Positions 1 through 12,662 of a DNA stretch of 62,765 bases are shown here, one piece after another (the first letter of the stretch is position 1; each line of letters begins with the position of its first letter). The notes beneath the pieces were generated by a model, which saw nothing but the letters and a program-made list of their open reading frames with translations, had not been told where the DNA came from and did not search any database. The stretch covers positions 1 through 62,765 of the forward strand of contig CAWHCQ010000038.1 of assembly GCA_963827755.1 (NCBI GenBank), in the 5' to 3' direction. This stretch comes from an uncultured Gammaproteobacteria bacterium (GTDB taxonomy: Bacteria > Pseudomonadota > Gammaproteobacteria > UBA9214). The position numbers were made by a program, and so were the translations under genes.

Positions 1-880
1 ATGACTACCTCGACTCCCTCCCGGAAACCGGCAAGGTACTGTCCATCAGCACCACCATGAAAATGCTGACTACCCTGAACGAGGGCAAGCCGCTGGATGA
101 TTTTTTCCTGGCGATCCTCTACAAGCGCCTGCCCGAAACTCTGCGCACTAACCTGTTCGCACCCTATCTTTCACAAGATGGTAACCAGCTGCGCTACAGC
201 GTGCGGGTATTCGAATCCGACCCTTCGCTGCAACGCGAGAAGTTGCTGGAAAATATCCAGCGCCAGTTGAGCGACGAGATGGGCCTTGATAAGGAGCAGG
301 TGCACGTAACCGGCATGCTGGTCCTTTACAACAACCTGCTGCAAAGCCTGTTCAATTCGCAGATAAAAACCCTGGGCGCTGTATTCCTCGCCATCATGCT
401 GATGTTCGTGGTCTCTTTTTGCAGCTTCAGGCTGGCCGGCATCACCATCATTCCCAACCTGATCGCCGCCACATCGGTGCTCGGCTTGATGGGCTGGCTG
501 GGCATTCCCCTGGACATCATGACGATCACCATTGCCGCTATCGTCGTCGGCATCGCCGTGGACGATGCCATCCACTATGTACACCGCTTCAAAAAGGAAT
601 TCTGCAAGGATCATGATTACTGGAAAGGCGTGGAACGCAGCCATGACAGCATCGGACGTGCGATGTACTACACCACTATTACCGTCACGCTTGGCTTTGT
701 CATCCTCGCCCTGTCCAACTTCATACCGACGATTTACTTCTCGGCCTTTTAACCGGCTTTTCCATGCTGGTGGCACTGATCGCGAACCTGACCCTGCTGC
801 CTATGCTGATTGCCTGGTTGCAACCGCTGGGCAAATATGAAATACCCGCACAGGCCGAAGGTTCACAGACCCGCGCCTGA
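1..880 (+). CDS. MMPL/RND-superfamily transporter, C-terminal part (5'-truncated by window edge; frameshift near 740)
   Basis: Multiple TM helices with RND motif GIAVDDAIH. After removing 2 nt at ~740 the frame continues YFGLLTGFSMLVALIANLTLLP to TGA at 878-880. Confidence 0.8.
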
Positions 881-891
881 TCAAGCGGGTG

Positions 892-2214
<1,323 letters not shown>

Positions 2215-2276
2215 TCAATTCCGGTAATTACCATTCACCCGGATAGCCCCGTTCCGGCTTCTCCGTGGCATGACCC

Positions 2277-2344
2277 TGTAGGAGCGCCTTGCAGGCGCGA
2301 TTGCCGTGCGTTAACTCCTATCGCGCCTGCAAGGCGCTCCTACA
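2277..2344. repeat. REPIN: inverted pair of GTAG-type REPs
   Basis: 25-bp perfect inverted repeat TGTAGGAGCGCCTTGCAGGCGCGAT / ATCGCGCCTGCAAGGCGCTCCTACA, 18-nt spacer. Confidence 0.9.
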
Positions 2345-2380
2345 CTATAATCGTTGAATTCAGTGTGCTGTGTCTGCCTG

Positions 2381-3565
2381 TCAAAGCGGTTTAACCACCC
2401 AGTCACCCTGTTCATTAACCAGTATCCGGGCACAGCCCATGGCAGCGGCATCACCGACCTGCCCGGGCAAGCCGGAGACGACGCATTCGCCTTGCTGACG
2501 CAGCCTGTGCACGGCAGCGGCCAGTGCAGGGTCATCATCTGCCGGGGCGAATATCGTGTTGCCCGGGGTGGAGAAATCCCGCTGACTCAGATCCAGCAAT
2601 GTTTTCAGATCCATACTGAAGCCGGTCGCGGGCCGTGCACGTCCGAACACCTTACCGATTGAGTCATAACGGCCGCCGCGGGCAATTTCCTGTCCATGGC
2701 CCGGCACAAACATGGCAAACACCATGCCGGTCTGGTACTTGTAAGCCCGCAATTCCGCAAGATCGAAGTTCAGCGTGATGTCAGTGACCCGCTGTTCCAG
2801 CAGTGCGGCAATTTCGCAGAGATTATCCAGCGCCGCCATCACCTCGATTCCGGCACCGGCCAGCTGTTGACGTGCGGCATCCAGCACCTCACCCCCGCCA
2901 TTCAACATGGACAGGGCGGCCAGCCGCCTGCGTTGCGCTTCATCGGCAGGACTCGCTGCCAGCAGCTCATCGATTTCGGTTACCGCCTTGCGCTGCAGCG
3001 CCTCGAACAGGTCGTTTTCCTGCTGCCCGCTCAAGCCCGCCTCCTGTGCAAGCCCGCGAAAAATCCCCACATGGCCGAGGTCAATGTGCACATCCGCGAT
3101 TTTCATCAAAGACAGGGATTCAAGCACCAGCGCAAGAATCTCGACGTCACTCGCGGGTCCGGCGTGTCCGAATAATTCCGCGCCTACCTGCAGGGGACTT
3201 CTTGAGCCGCCGTAGCCATCCGCACGGGTCTGCAACACGGTCCCCAGGTAGCACAGGCGAGAGGGTTCTTCGCGCTGCAGGGGATGCGCATCGATACGCG
3301 CCGCCTGCGGCGTCATGTCCGCACGCAGCCCCATCATGCGCCCGCTGAGCTGGTCGGTAACCTTGAAGGTCTGCAAGTCAAGATCATTGCCGGCGCCGGT
3401 GAGCAGTGATTCCAGGTATTCGATAAAGGGCGGCATCACCAGTGCGTAACCCCAGCGGGAAAACAGGTCGAGCAATTCCCGGCGTGCACACTCAAGCTGC
3501 CATGCCTCCGGCGGCAGGACCTCTTCAATACCTTCCGGCAACAGCCATTGATCTTTCACACTCAT
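2381..3565 (-). CDS. hisZ: ATP phosphoribosyltransferase regulatory subunit
   Basis: WLLPEGIEEVLP start, LRADMTPQAARID, GGRYD; canonical position upstream of purA. Confidence 0.95.
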   Translation of the reverse strand: MSVKDQWLLPEGIEEVLPPEAWQLECARRELLDLFSRWGYALVMPPFIEYLESLLTGAGNDLDLQTFKVTDQLSGRMMGLRADMTPQAARIDAHPLQREEPSRLCYLGTVLQTRADGYGGSRSPLQVGAELFGHAGPASDVEILALVLESLSLMKIADVHIDLGHVGIFRGLAQEAGLSGQQENDLFEALQRKAVTEIDELLAASPADEAQRRRLAALSMLNGGGEVLDAARQQLAGAGIEVMAALDNLCEIAALLEQRVTDITLNFDLAELRAYKYQTGMVFAMFVPGHGQEIARGGRYDSIGKVFGRARPATGFSMDLKTLLDLSQRDFSTPGNTIFAPADDDPALAAAVHRLRQQGECVVSGLPGQVGDAAAMGCARILVNEQGDWVVKPL

Positions 3566-3581
3566 AATGAATTCTGTCTGT

Positions 3582-3773
3582 TTAGCGACGCACGATGTAC
3601 AGCAACACAACACCGCAGATCATACTGACCAGTCCGATATTGCGCAGCGTCCTGTCATCCAGTTGCGACATGGACTCCTGCAGTTTTCGCAACGACTGCG
3701 GACTGATAAACGGCACCATGCCTTCAATCACCAGCACCAGCGCAAGGGCTGCCAGAAGATCACTCCAGTTCAT
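3582..3773 (-). CDS. yjeT: DUF2065 (YjeT-like) small membrane protein
   Basis: ALALVLVIEG..PF..P...LR.IG pattern; lies between hflC and hisZ/purA. Confidence 0.88.
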   Translation of the reverse strand: MNWSDLLAALALVLVIEGMVPFISPQSLRKLQESMSQLDDRTLRNIGLVSMICGVVLLYIVRR

Positions 3774-3808
3774 GATTATGCATCACGACCGAACAATGTC
3801 CTCACCCT

Positions 3809-3840
3809 CCCGGTCGCCTGCATGAATGCGGGCGACCGGG
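3809..3840. other. Intercistronic GC-rich hairpin between hflC and yjeT
   Basis: CCCGGTCGCCTGCAT-GA-ATGCGGGCGACCGGG; no clear U-tract. Confidence 0.5.
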
Positions 3841-3879
3841 CAAAGTGGACGCTGCCGGTTTTCGCTACAGGGTTTACCT

Positions 3880-4747
3880 TTATTTACCGGTAGAGCTGTT
3901 AAAGTACTTGAAAAACTCGGAGTCGGGCTGCAACACCATTATGTCCTGCTTGCTGGCAAGTGCCTCGCGGTAGGCATTCATACTGCGATAGAACTCGTAG
4001 AATTCCGGGTCCTGCCCGTAGGCCTTGCCGAAGATCTCCGTGGCACGGGCGTCACCTTCACCACGGGTGGCTTCAGCATCGCGGCGGGCCTCGGCGAGGA
4101 TGATCGTGCGGTCCCTTTCGGCGATGGCCTGGATCCCCTTGGCAGTTTCCTGTCCTTTCGCGCGGAGCTCCTTGGCGATGCGTTCGCGTTCGGCGCGCAT
4201 GCGCTGGTATACCGCGTTATTAACCTCCTGAGGCAACTCGATCTGCTTGATGCGCACATCGATGACCTCTATACCGAACTGGTTCACCTCGTTATTGCTG
4301 GAGCTGGTCAGGTCCTCCATCATCTGCGCGCGGTCATCGGAAACCACCTGCTTGATGGTGCGCTTGTCAAATTCGAGCTGCAGGCCGTTTTTCACGATCT
4401 GCAACAGCCGCAGGCTCGCCTGGCGCTCGTCGCCGGCAAACGATGTATAATAATCAGCGACATTCTGGATGCGCCATTTAACGAAGAAATCGACGGAAAC
4501 ATTTTTCTTCTCTCCGGTGAGAAAACGCTCCGGCCGGGTATCCAGCGTGAGGATGCGCCTGTCGAACTTGCGCACATTATTAACGAACAAGCGGCTTCAT
4601 GAAGTGCAGGCCCGGCTCGTAGTCCGAATCGATAATTTCACCCAGCTGGAAACGAATCGCAAGCTGGCGTTCGTCAACCACGAAGAACGAGGTCAGCGCG
4701 ACCAGGATCCCCAGCCCCACAAAAACAAATAATGCTCGTATAGCCAT
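3880..4747 (-). CDS. hflC: FtsH modulator HflC (frameshift near 4592)
   Basis: N-terminus MAIRALF...VDERQLAIRFQLGEI...PGLHF joins ORF 3880-4590 (FVNNVRKFDRRILTLD; RMRAERER; FYEFYRS). Start overlaps the hflK stop. Confidence 0.95.
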
Positions 4748-5872
4748 TAGCGGCCTCCTCCGTCTCTGGAACTGGTGCGCCGGCGTATCGTGTCCTGGTC
4801 ATCCTGTTCCGGACTGGTCAGGACCTCGGCATTGCCTGCCGTTGTCCTGGTCCCGCCCGTGTTTTCCATCAGCTTGTCCAGCGGCAGGTACATCAGGCTG
4901 TTGCCATCCTTGACCTGCATGACGACCTTGCTGGTATTGGCGAACACGGTTTCCATGGCGTCCAGGTAGAGGCGCTTGCGCGTCACCTCGGGGCCTTTTC
5001 ATACTCGGCCAGGGTTTGCAGGAAGCGGCTGCTTTCACCTTCCGCCTGTGCAATCACCTGTTCCCGGTAGGCATTGGCCGCCTCGCGCAGGCGGGTGGCA
5101 TCACCGCGCGCCTTCGGCAGGATATCCAGGGCGACGGCCTCGGCCTGGTTCTTGTAGCGGACTTCGTCCTCCTGTGCCTTGATGGCATCCTCGAACGCAC
5201 CCTGCACCTCTTCCGGTGGTTGCGGGTCCTGCAGGTTGACACTGGTCAGGATCAGACCCGGTCTGGTACTTGTCGAGGATTTCCTGGGTCAGGGTCTTGG
5301 TCTGCAGTACGATCGCCCCGCGGCCGCCACTGAGAAACTCATCCATGGCGATCCCGCCGATCACTTCGCGCAAGGCACTTTCCGTGGCCTCCTGCAGGGT
5401 GTAGTCCGGATCACGCACCTGGAACAGGTAGTTCTTCGCATCCCTCACCTGGTATTGCACGGCCAGCTCGACCTGGATGATATTCTCGTCCTTGGTCAGC
5501 ATCTTGGCCCGGTGACTGACGGTACGCAGCCGGTCCACATCTACCTGTCGAACGGTTTCAAGACCGCGCAGGTACCAGTGCGGTCCCGGCCCGGTAACCT
5601 CGTTGAATTTGCCGAGGCGCAACTCCACGCCGCGTTCGGCAGGATCGACGATATAGATACCTGACAACAATCCAGGCCGCCAGCGCGAGGATGGCTACCA
5701 GGCCGAAGCTGAACGGGTTGCTGCCACCGCCCTTGCCGCCTTTCTTGCCGAAGAAACCATTCATGCGCTCGCGCATCTTGCGCGCAATTTCATCAAGGTC
5801 CGGCGGGCCGTCACCACTGCCACCGCCACCCCACGGGTCTTTGCTACCCTTGCCCGGTTCGTTCCAAGCCAT
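4747..5872 (-). CDS. hflK: FtsH modulator HflK (frameshifts near 5670, 5257, 4988)
   Basis: MAWNEPG...GPPDLDE, MLTKDENII, VQGAFEDAIKAQED and RLYLDAME pieces distributed over four ORFs. Confidence 0.95.
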
Positions 5873-5891
5873 AATTTACTCCAGTCAGACC

Positions 5892-5931
5892 AAAAAAATA
5901 CCGGCACACGCCAATGCGTGTCGCATGCCGG
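5892..5931 (-). terminator. Possible intrinsic terminator/attenuator between hflX and hflK
   Basis: Minus strand CCGGCA..CACGC-ATTG-GCGTG-TGCCGG followed by TATTTTTTT. Confidence 0.5.
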
Positions 5932-5945
5932 CCAATCGGTTAAGT

Positions 5946-7266
5946 TTAAGAAGCTTGCGCAGTACCTGCAAGAAAATCCACGTCATCGGCAGCATGAAAG
6001 GAACAGTCGTCGCCGGTTTCGCGCAGTAATTTATCCACGTTACGTTGTGCCATACAGATTTCCAGCCACCAGCTGCCCTGCTCGTCAACGTGTTCGGACA
6101 GGACCTGGCCGATTTCGTACAGGGATGAGCGGGTGCTGCCCGCGGATACCGGCAGATGCAGCCAGCCATGTACCTGGGCACCCTGGAAATGCTCCTGCAG
6201 GGCGGTTGCCAGCAAGTCCAGTCCTGCCCCGGTGACCGCCGATACCCAGACCTTGTCAATCCGGCCGTCTTCGGCAATATTCCAGCCGCGGCTCCGCGTC
6301 CGAAAGATCTATCTTGTTGTACACCCTGATCTGGGGAATATCCTCTGCGCCGATTTCCTGCAGCACCGCGTTGACCTGTTCGATATGGGCATTCTTTTCC
6401 TTGTCCTGCGCATCGATGACATGCAGCAGCAGGTCCGCCTTGCAGGTCTCCTCGAGCGTGGCGCGAAAGGCCGCCACCAGTTCATGCGGCAGGTGGCGGA
6501 TAAAACCCACCGTATCCGCCAGTATCAGTGCACCGACGCCCTCGACATCGATACGCCGCAGGGTCGGGTCCAGCGTCGCGAACAGCTGGTCGGCTACAAA
6601 GGCATCGGCCCCGGTCAGGGTATTGAATAACGTTGATTTACCGGCATTGGTATAACCCACCAGCGAGACCGTCGACACCTCGGCGCGCTGGCGTGCACGC
6701 CGCCCCTGGTTACGCTGCTTCTCCACTTTTTCCAGGCGCCGGTTGATCACCTTGATACGGGCATTGAGCATACGCCGGTCGGATTCAAGCTGGGTTTCGC
6801 CCGGTCCGCGCAGACCGATACCGCCCTTCTGGCGTTCCAGGTGGGTCCAGCCGCGCACCAGGCGGGTGGACAGGTGCCGCAACTGCGCCAGTTCTACCTG
6901 CAGCTTGCCCTCGAACGAACGCGCACGCTGGGCAAAGATGTCGAGAATCAAACCGGTGCGCGCCAGTACACGGCAGGACAGCTTGCTCTCGAGGTTGCGC
7001 TCCTGGCTGGGACTGAGCGCGTGATCAAAGATCACCAGTTCGGCTTCGTGCTGCCTGACCGCCGCGAGTATTTCCTCCGCCTTGCCGGCACCCACGAACA
7101 GGCGCGGTTCCGGGCGGCTGCGCGTACCCGTTACCGTGGCAACCGGCAGCGCTCCGGCTGAACGGACAAGTTCTGTGAATTCCTGAAGATCCTCGCGGTC
7201 GCTATCACCGGCAAAGTTCACATGGACCAGTACGGCCCGTTCTCCACTCTCAGGGCGTTCGAACAA
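5946..7266 (-). CDS. hflX: Ribosome-rescue GTPase HflX (frameshift near 6280)
   Basis: GYTNAGKST, FATLDPT, DTVGFI, NKID; C-terminus continues VWVSAVTGAGLDLL in another frame. Confidence 0.97.
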
Positions 7267-7295
7267 ACAGACACCCCGTCATGCAAATACGCAAA

Positions 7296-7556
7296 TCAGG
7301 CATTTCCCGGCTGGGTCTCGGCTTCATCATCAGGGGCACCGCTTTGAATGCGCACGTTGCGCGCCGGCACCACGGTGGAAATGGCATGCTTGTAAACCAT
7401 CTGGCTGACCGCGTTCTTCAGCAACACGACGAACTGGTCAAATGATTCGATCTGTCCCTGCAGCTTGATGCCATTTACCAGGTAGATCGATACCGGGACT
7501 CTCTCTTTGCGCAGTGCATTCAGAAACGGGTCCTGCAAAGATTGTCCTCTGTTCAT
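7296..7556 (-). CDS. hfq: RNA chaperone Hfq
   Basis: [31 protein letters not shown]...YKHAIST. Confidence 0.99.
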   Translation of the reverse strand: MNRGQSLQDPFLNALRKERVPVSIYLVNGIKLQGQIESFDQFVVLLKNAVSQMVYKHAISTVVPARNVRIQSGAPDDEAETQPGNA

Positions 7557-7648
7557 TTTTTCTCTCCTTTTTATATCGCGTTTGCGACTGTTCTTTTTCC
7601 TGACAGGCCGTATTGGCCTCTTTCACCGTAAGTCCTTCTCTTATAATA

Positions 7649-8626
7649 CTAAAACTCCGGCACAATCACACAGCCTAATTTGGCTGATCCAGCCACTGCG
7701 TCAAACATTCGGCGATTCGAGCGGCCAGGTAACGGGGTCCCGGCAGCAAAGTTCAGCAGGCCCTGTTCACCGCGCAGCCAGGTCAGCTGTCGCCTGGCAT
7801 ACTGTCGCGTGGCCACTATAGCCTGTTCCCGCATCTCGTCATAGCCGGTCTCTCCGGCCAGATACGCCAGGATCTGCCGGTAACCGACCGCCCGCATGGC
7901 CGGAAGTTCGGCCGCCAGATCGCCCCGCTGTCGAAGTTTGCGCACCTCTTCCACAAACCCCGCGTCCAGCATGGATTGAAACCGGCTTTCGATACGCGCG
8001 TGCAGCAACGCCCGGTCTTCGGGGATCAGCGCCAGTTTGAGCAGGCGGTAGGGCAAGGCGCCGGACCGGCCCCGGGCATGGAAGCGGCTGATGGGCAGGC
8101 CACTGATTTCAAAGACTTCCAGTGCCCGCTGGATACGCTGCGGATCTGTCGGCTTGATGCGGGCCGCAGCCTGCGGATCAATCCCGGCCAGCCGGGCGTG
8201 CAGTGATGCCCAGCCCGACTGCCGGGCCTCGGCCTCCAGCCGCGCGCGGATTTGCGGATCGGCCGCCGGCATGCCGGACAGGCCCTGTTCCAGGGCCCGA
8301 AAATACAGGAAGGTCCCGCCGACCAGCAACGGGATACGTCCCCGCGCCGTGATCCCGGCCATCGCCTGCAAGGCATCCTCACAGAAGTCCGCTGCCGAGT
8401 AGGCCTCTGCCGGGTCGCGAATATCGATCAGATGATGGGGCGCCGTTTGCAGTACATCAGCACCCGGCTTGGCTGTGCCGACATCCATGCCCCGGTATAC
8501 CAGTGCCGAGTCGACGCTGACGATCTCCAGCGGAAACCGCTTCACCAGTTCAACCGCGACGGCCGTTTTTCCGGACGCCGTCGGGCCCATCAGGAAGACG
8601 GCAGGTGGCTGTGGCTTGGCTTGCAC
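7649..8626 (-). CDS. miaA: tRNA dimethylallyltransferase (true stop possibly 7675 after a late frameshift)
   Basis: [37 protein letters not shown]. Confidence 0.97.
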   Translation of the reverse strand: MQAKPQPPAVFLMGPTASGKTAVAVELVKRFPLEIVSVDSALVYRGMDVGTAKPGADVLQTAPHHLIDIRDPAEAYSAADFCEDALQAMAGITARGRIPLLVGGTFLYFRALEQGLSGMPAADPQIRARLEAEARQSGWASLHARLAGIDPQAAARIKPTDPQRIQRALEVFEISGLPISRFHARGRSGALPYRLLKLALIPEDRALLHARIESRFQSMLDAGFVEEVRKLRQRGDLAAELPAMRAVGYRQILAYLAGETGYDEMREQAIVATRQYARRQLTWLRGEQGLLNFAAGTPLPGRSNRRMFDAVAGSAKLGCVIVPEF

Positions 8627-8639
8627 TATAAAAACCCGG

Positions 8640-8880
8640 CTCGCGCAAAGACGCAAAGAAAAGTTGAATACATTATGATGCTGTTTCCTGCATGTCGCGG
8701 GATCGGCTACCCAAAGCACCGTAGGAGCCAGCGCCAGCTGGCGAATTATTCACGCACCGTTCGCGAGCTTGCGCTCGCTCCTACACGTGCAACGCCGTGC
8801 CCCGACCTGGAATGTGGCCCGGATGAAGCAAAGCGAAATCCGGGAAGGCCCGGGCTACGCTGCTGGCGCCTTTGCGTCTG
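8640..8880. repeat. Nested REP/BIME mosaic between mutL and miaA
   Basis: REPIN GTAGGAGCCAGCGCCAGCTGGCGAA...TTCGCGAGCTTGCGCTCGCTCCTAC (8721-8784); second family GTGGCCCGGATGAAGCAAAGCGAAATCCGGG...CCCGGGCTAC (8814-8858); outer CGCAAAGACGCAAAG / GGCGCCTTTGCGTCT. Confidence 0.8.
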
Positions 8881-8893
8881 TGCACGACACCTG

Positions 8894-10669
8894 TCAACGT
8901 CCGCGCAAGAACAGCTTGTCCAACTCCGGCAGGCTGATCTGTATCCAGGTCGGCCGGCCGTGATTGCACTGGCCACTGCGTTCGGTGCGTTCCATTTCGC
9001 GCAGCAGGGCGTTCATTTCATCGATCGTCAGGCGCCGGTTGGCCCGCACCGAGCCGTGGCAGGCCATGGTGGAAAATAAATCATTAATGCAGTCCTGCAC
9101 CCGCTGGCTGCTGCCGTGTTCCAGCAGGTCAGACAGCACATCGCGCACCAGGGTGGCAATGTCCGCCTCGTGCAACAGCGACGGCACTTGGCGGACCACC
9201 ACCTGCTCCGGACCCATACGGTCGACCTCGAATCCCAGTGCAGCAAACCAGTCCCGTTTTTCCTCGCACACCCCGGCCTCCCGCTGGCTGACCTCCAGGC
9301 TCACGGGAACCAGCAGCGGCTGGCTGCGTATGCCCTCGCCCTGTTGGGCAGTTTTCAGGCCCTCGTAGGTGATGCGCTCGTGTGCCGCATGCATATCCAC
9401 CAGCACCAGGCCGTCTGCATTCTGCGCGAGAATATACACACCGTGTAACTGGGCGAGCGCAAAGCCAAGTGGAAAACCGTCACCGGCATCCGCAGCGGCG
9501 ACTGCAGTAGCCGGTGTGTTAGCCACCGGGTGCAGGGCCGCGTAGCGGGTCACCTGCTCCTGCACACCGAGGCGCATGCTTGCCTGTGACGGCGCCGCAC
9601 CCGGCGCGCGCTGCACGTTCAACTGCTGCAACGGCCGGGCCGGCAATGGACCGGGTTGATCGGCAGCCGGCCGGACATCGGCCAGTGCATCGTGCAGGGT
9701 CCGGTACAGGTAGTCATGTACCAGGCGGCTGTCACGAAAGCGCACCTCGTGCTTGGTCGGGTGCGCATTCACATCCACACTGGCCGGATCGATTTCAAGG
9801 AACAGCACGTAAGCCGGGTGACGCCCGTGAAACAGCACATCCTGGTAGGCCTGGCGGATGGCGTGCGTGACCAGCTTGTCGCGCACCATGCGGCGGTTGA
9901 CATAGAAATACTGCATGTCCGCCTGGCTGCGGGAAAACGTCGGCAGGGCCACCCAGCCATGCAGGGACAGGCCGGCGGCGGCATGCTCAACGTAGATGGC
10001 CTGCTCCATGAAGGCCTTGCCACACAGGTCGGCAACCCGGCGCTGCTGCTGTTCCCGGGTCGTGGCCTCGGGCAGGTGAAACACCGTCCGCTGGTTGTGC
10101 TGCAGCTTCAGGGCAACGGAAAAGCTGCCAAGCGCAATGCGCCGCACCACGTTTTCAATATGCTTGAACTCGGTTGTCTCGGTGCGCAGAAACTTGCGCC
10201 TGGCGGGCGTATTGAAAAACAGGTCCTTCACATCGATCGTGGTACCGGGCGTATGCGCAACCGGTGTTGCCTCAGCAACTGATTCCGAACCATCGCCGCA
10301 GACGCTCCAGCCGGAATCCGCACCCCGGGTACGTGAACTGAGCTGCAGACGCGATACCGAGGCGATGCTCGGCAAGGCCTCGCCGCGAAAGCCGAGGCTG
10401 CCGACGGATTCGAGGTCTTCCAGCGAGGAGATCTTGCTGGTGGCATGACGGGTCAGGGCCAGGGACAACTCGTCGTACGCTATGCCGCTGCCGTCATCGC
10501 GCACTCGAATACGCTGCTTGCCGCCCTGTTCGATATCCACCTCGACGGCACGCGCCCCGGCGTCAATACTGTTTTCCAGTAATTCCTTGACGACGGACGC
10601 CGGCCGCTCGATCACTTCACCGGCAGCAATCTGGTTTATCAGCTGGGAAGGAAGTACCTGGATGGGCAT
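8894..10669 (-). CDS. mutL: DNA mismatch repair endonuclease MutL
   Basis: [19 protein letters not shown], endonuclease motif [18 protein letters not shown]. Confidence 0.98.
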   Translation of the reverse strand: MPIQVLPSQLINQIAAGEVIERPASVVKELLENSIDAGARAVEVDIEQGGKQRIRVRDDGSGIAYDELSLALTRHATSKISSLEDLESVGSLGFRGEALPSIASVSRLQLSSRTRGADSGWSVCGDGSESVAEATPVAHTPGTTIDVKDLFFNTPARRKFLRTETTEFKHIENVVRRIALGSFSVALKLQHNQRTVFHLPEATTREQQQRRVADLCGKAFMEQAIYVEHAAAGLSLHGWVALPTFSRSQADMQYFYVNRRMVRDKLVTHAIRQAYQDVLFHGRHPAYVLFLEIDPASVDVNAHPTKHEVRFRDSRLVHDYLYRTLHDALADVRPAADQPGPLPARPLQQLNVQRAPGAAPSQASMRLGVQEQVTRYAALHPVANTPATAVAAADAGDGFPLGFALAQLHGVYILAQNADGLVLVDMHAAHERITYEGLKTAQQGEGIRSQPLLVPVSLEVSQREAGVCEEKRDWFAALGFEVDRMGPEQVVVRQVPSLLHEADIATLVRDVLSDLLEHGSSQRVQDCINDLFSTMACHGSVRANRRLTIDEMNALLREMERTERSGQCNHGRPTWIQISLPELDKLFLRGR

Positions 10670-10769
10670 TGGACAGGGGCAACGGGCAGTGGATCTGCTG
10701 CGCATGATAGCGCTAGTGGTGAGTGCAGAATAGTGGCTGGACGACCCGACAGCCGGCTGGCCGTTGACA

Positions 10770-12074
10770 CTAACCGCCCTGTGAAGGCGGTATTCGCAGG
10801 GTTTCGCCGACCCGCAGCCGGTCACCTTTGAGGCCGTTATAACCCCGCAGACGGTTCAGGCTGACCTGGTGCCGCAGCGCAATATGACTCAGGGTATCAC
10901 CGCTCTTGACCACATACTGGCGGGCAAGGCGGGTTCCAGGCGGCGGGTGCTTGCCGAAATATTCCTGTATGCCGCGCAACATGGCACGCGCCACAAGCTG
11001 CTGGTGTTTTTTGCTGCGCAGTTTCTTTTCTTCCTGCGGGTTGGAAATAAACGCTGTTTCGACCAGTATCGACGGGATATCCGGCGATTTCAGCACCACG
11101 AACCCGGCCTGCTGCACACTGGACTTGTGCGTCTTGCCGATACCCTTGAGTTCACCCAGCAGATTGTCGGCCACCTCGAGGCTGGCCTCGATGGTTGCCG
11201 TCTGCGAGAGATCGAGCAGGACCTCGGCCAGCAGGTCATCCTTGTCATCGAGGCTCACTCCACCGGCAAGGTCCGACGAATTCTCCTTCTCTGCCAGCCA
11301 GCGGGCCATTTCCGAGGTTGCGCCCCGGTTGGAGAGGACAAACACGGAAGAGCCGCTGGCGCGGTGATCGCGAAAGCCGTCCGCATGAATGGAAATGAAC
11401 AGGTCGGCATTGAGTTGCCGCGCCTTGTCGATACGCTGGCGCAGGCCGATGTAGTAATCGCCCTCGCGTATCAGGACCGCCTTCATCCCGGGCTCTTTGT
11501 TGATCAGGTCCTTGAGCCGTCGGGCAATTGAATAGACGACGTCCTTTTCACGGGTTCCATGGCGACCGATCGCACCCGGATCCTCACCGCCATGACCGGC
11601 ATCGATGGCTATAATCAGGTCGCGCGAGGTGATTTTCATGTCGGCAACCGTCTTCTTGACGACCGCCGCCTTGTCCGCATCTGTTTTGTTGTAGAGGTCG
11701 ACGACCAGGCGATGGCCGTACTCCCTGTTTGGCTTGAGGATGAAGCTGCTGGGACGAACGCCCTGTTTCAGATCCAGCACGATGCGCAGCACGTCAGGTG
11801 TGTTCATTGCCGCACGCATGCCACTGATCAGGCCGGCGCTGACATTGCCGGTCTTGAGCGAGGCCTTCGCCTGCGCGCCGCTTATATCGATGACCAGGCG
11901 TTCGGGGTTATGCAGGGTGAACAGCTCATGCTGCACCGGGCCATCGGTATCGAACACCACACGGGTGTGGTCGGGGGCGGTCCACAGGCGGATGTCCTCG
12001 ACTTGAACCGGGGCGGCAAGGACGAGGCCTTGCACGGCCAGCCAGAGACACCATCCTGTAAGCAACTTCTTCAT
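10770..12074 (-). CDS. amiB: N-acetylmuramoyl-L-alanine amidase (AMIN + Amidase_3 + LysM)
   Basis: Signal peptide, [27 protein letters not shown]-terminal LysM; tsaE-amiB-mutL synteny. Confidence 0.93.
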   Translation of the reverse strand: MKKLLTGWCLWLAVQGLVLAAPVQVEDIRLWTAPDHTRVVFDTDGPVQHELFTLHNPERLVIDISGAQAKASLKTGNVSAGLISGMRAAMNTPDVLRIVLDLKQGVRPSSFILKPNREYGHRLVVDLYNKTDADKAAVVKKTVADMKITSRDLIIAIDAGHGGEDPGAIGRHGTREKDVVYSIARRLKDLINKEPGMKAVLIREGDYYIGLRQRIDKARQLNADLFISIHADGFRDHRASGSSVFVLSNRGATSEMARWLAEKENSSDLAGGVSLDDKDDLLAEVLLDLSQTATIEASLEVADNLLGELKGIGKTHKSSVQQAGFVVLKSPDIPSILVETAFISNPQEEKKLRSKKHQQLVARAMLRGIQEYFGKHPPPGTRLARQYVVKSGDTLSHIALRHQVSLNRLRGYNGLKGDRLRVGETLRIPPSQGG

Positions 12075-12209
12075 AGAAAGCCCGACACCCGATTTCCCAC
12101 AAGGATTTTGCAGAATATAGCCACATTCTGCCATAGATTGCAAGAAATACCCTTTAATCTCGATGAGATAGGGGGTATACCTGAAAAACAATCGAGGTCA
12201 TGCAGGCGG

Positions 12210-12662
12210 CTAAACAGCTTGCAGCGTAGTCAAGAGATGCTCACCTGCTGCGGATAGCGGCTCCAGCGTTACCCGGCGCCCCGCCCTGCGATGCTCGATA
12301 CCGACCCGCAAATCGGCAGCCGGCATAACACCGGCGCCCCGCTCCGGCCACTCCACCAGCAACAGCGCCTTTTCTGCCAGCAGATCGCGCAGACCCAGGT
12401 CTTCAAGTTCCTGGGGATCAGCGAGCCTGTACAGGTCAAGGTGATAGACCGCCCCGGAATCCAGCAGGTACGGCTCTATCAGGGTATAGGTCGGACTCCT
12501 GACCTTGCCCGAATGTCCCAGGGCACGCAGCAAGCCGCGTGCCAGGGTTGTTTTGCCGGCGCCCAGCTCACCCTCAAGGTAGATAATGCCTGCCGTGCGC
12601 GCCTCCGCCAGCCGCGCCCCCAACGCCTCCATGGCCGCGGCATCCGCGACGTCCAGGATCAC
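12210..12662 (-). CDS. tsaE: t6A biosynthesis ATPase TsaE
   Basis: GELGAGKTT, SPTYTLIEPY, HLDLYRL, VEWP. Confidence 0.97.
   Translation of the reverse strand: MILDVADAAAMEALGARLAEARTAGIIYLEGELGAGKTTLARGLLRALGHSGKVRSPTYTLIEPYLLDSGAVYHLDLYRLADPQELEDLGLRDLLAEKALLLVEWPERGAGVMPAADLRVGIEHRRAGRRVTLEPLSAAGEHLLTTLQAV

Noticed and set aside
3880-7266. hflK/hflC/hflX as pseudogenes or programmed frameshifts
   Set aside because: Single-base indels are scattered over many conserved genes (also purA, hscA, rhdA, MMPL) with no slippery sites or sequence decay, so sequencing error is more likely.
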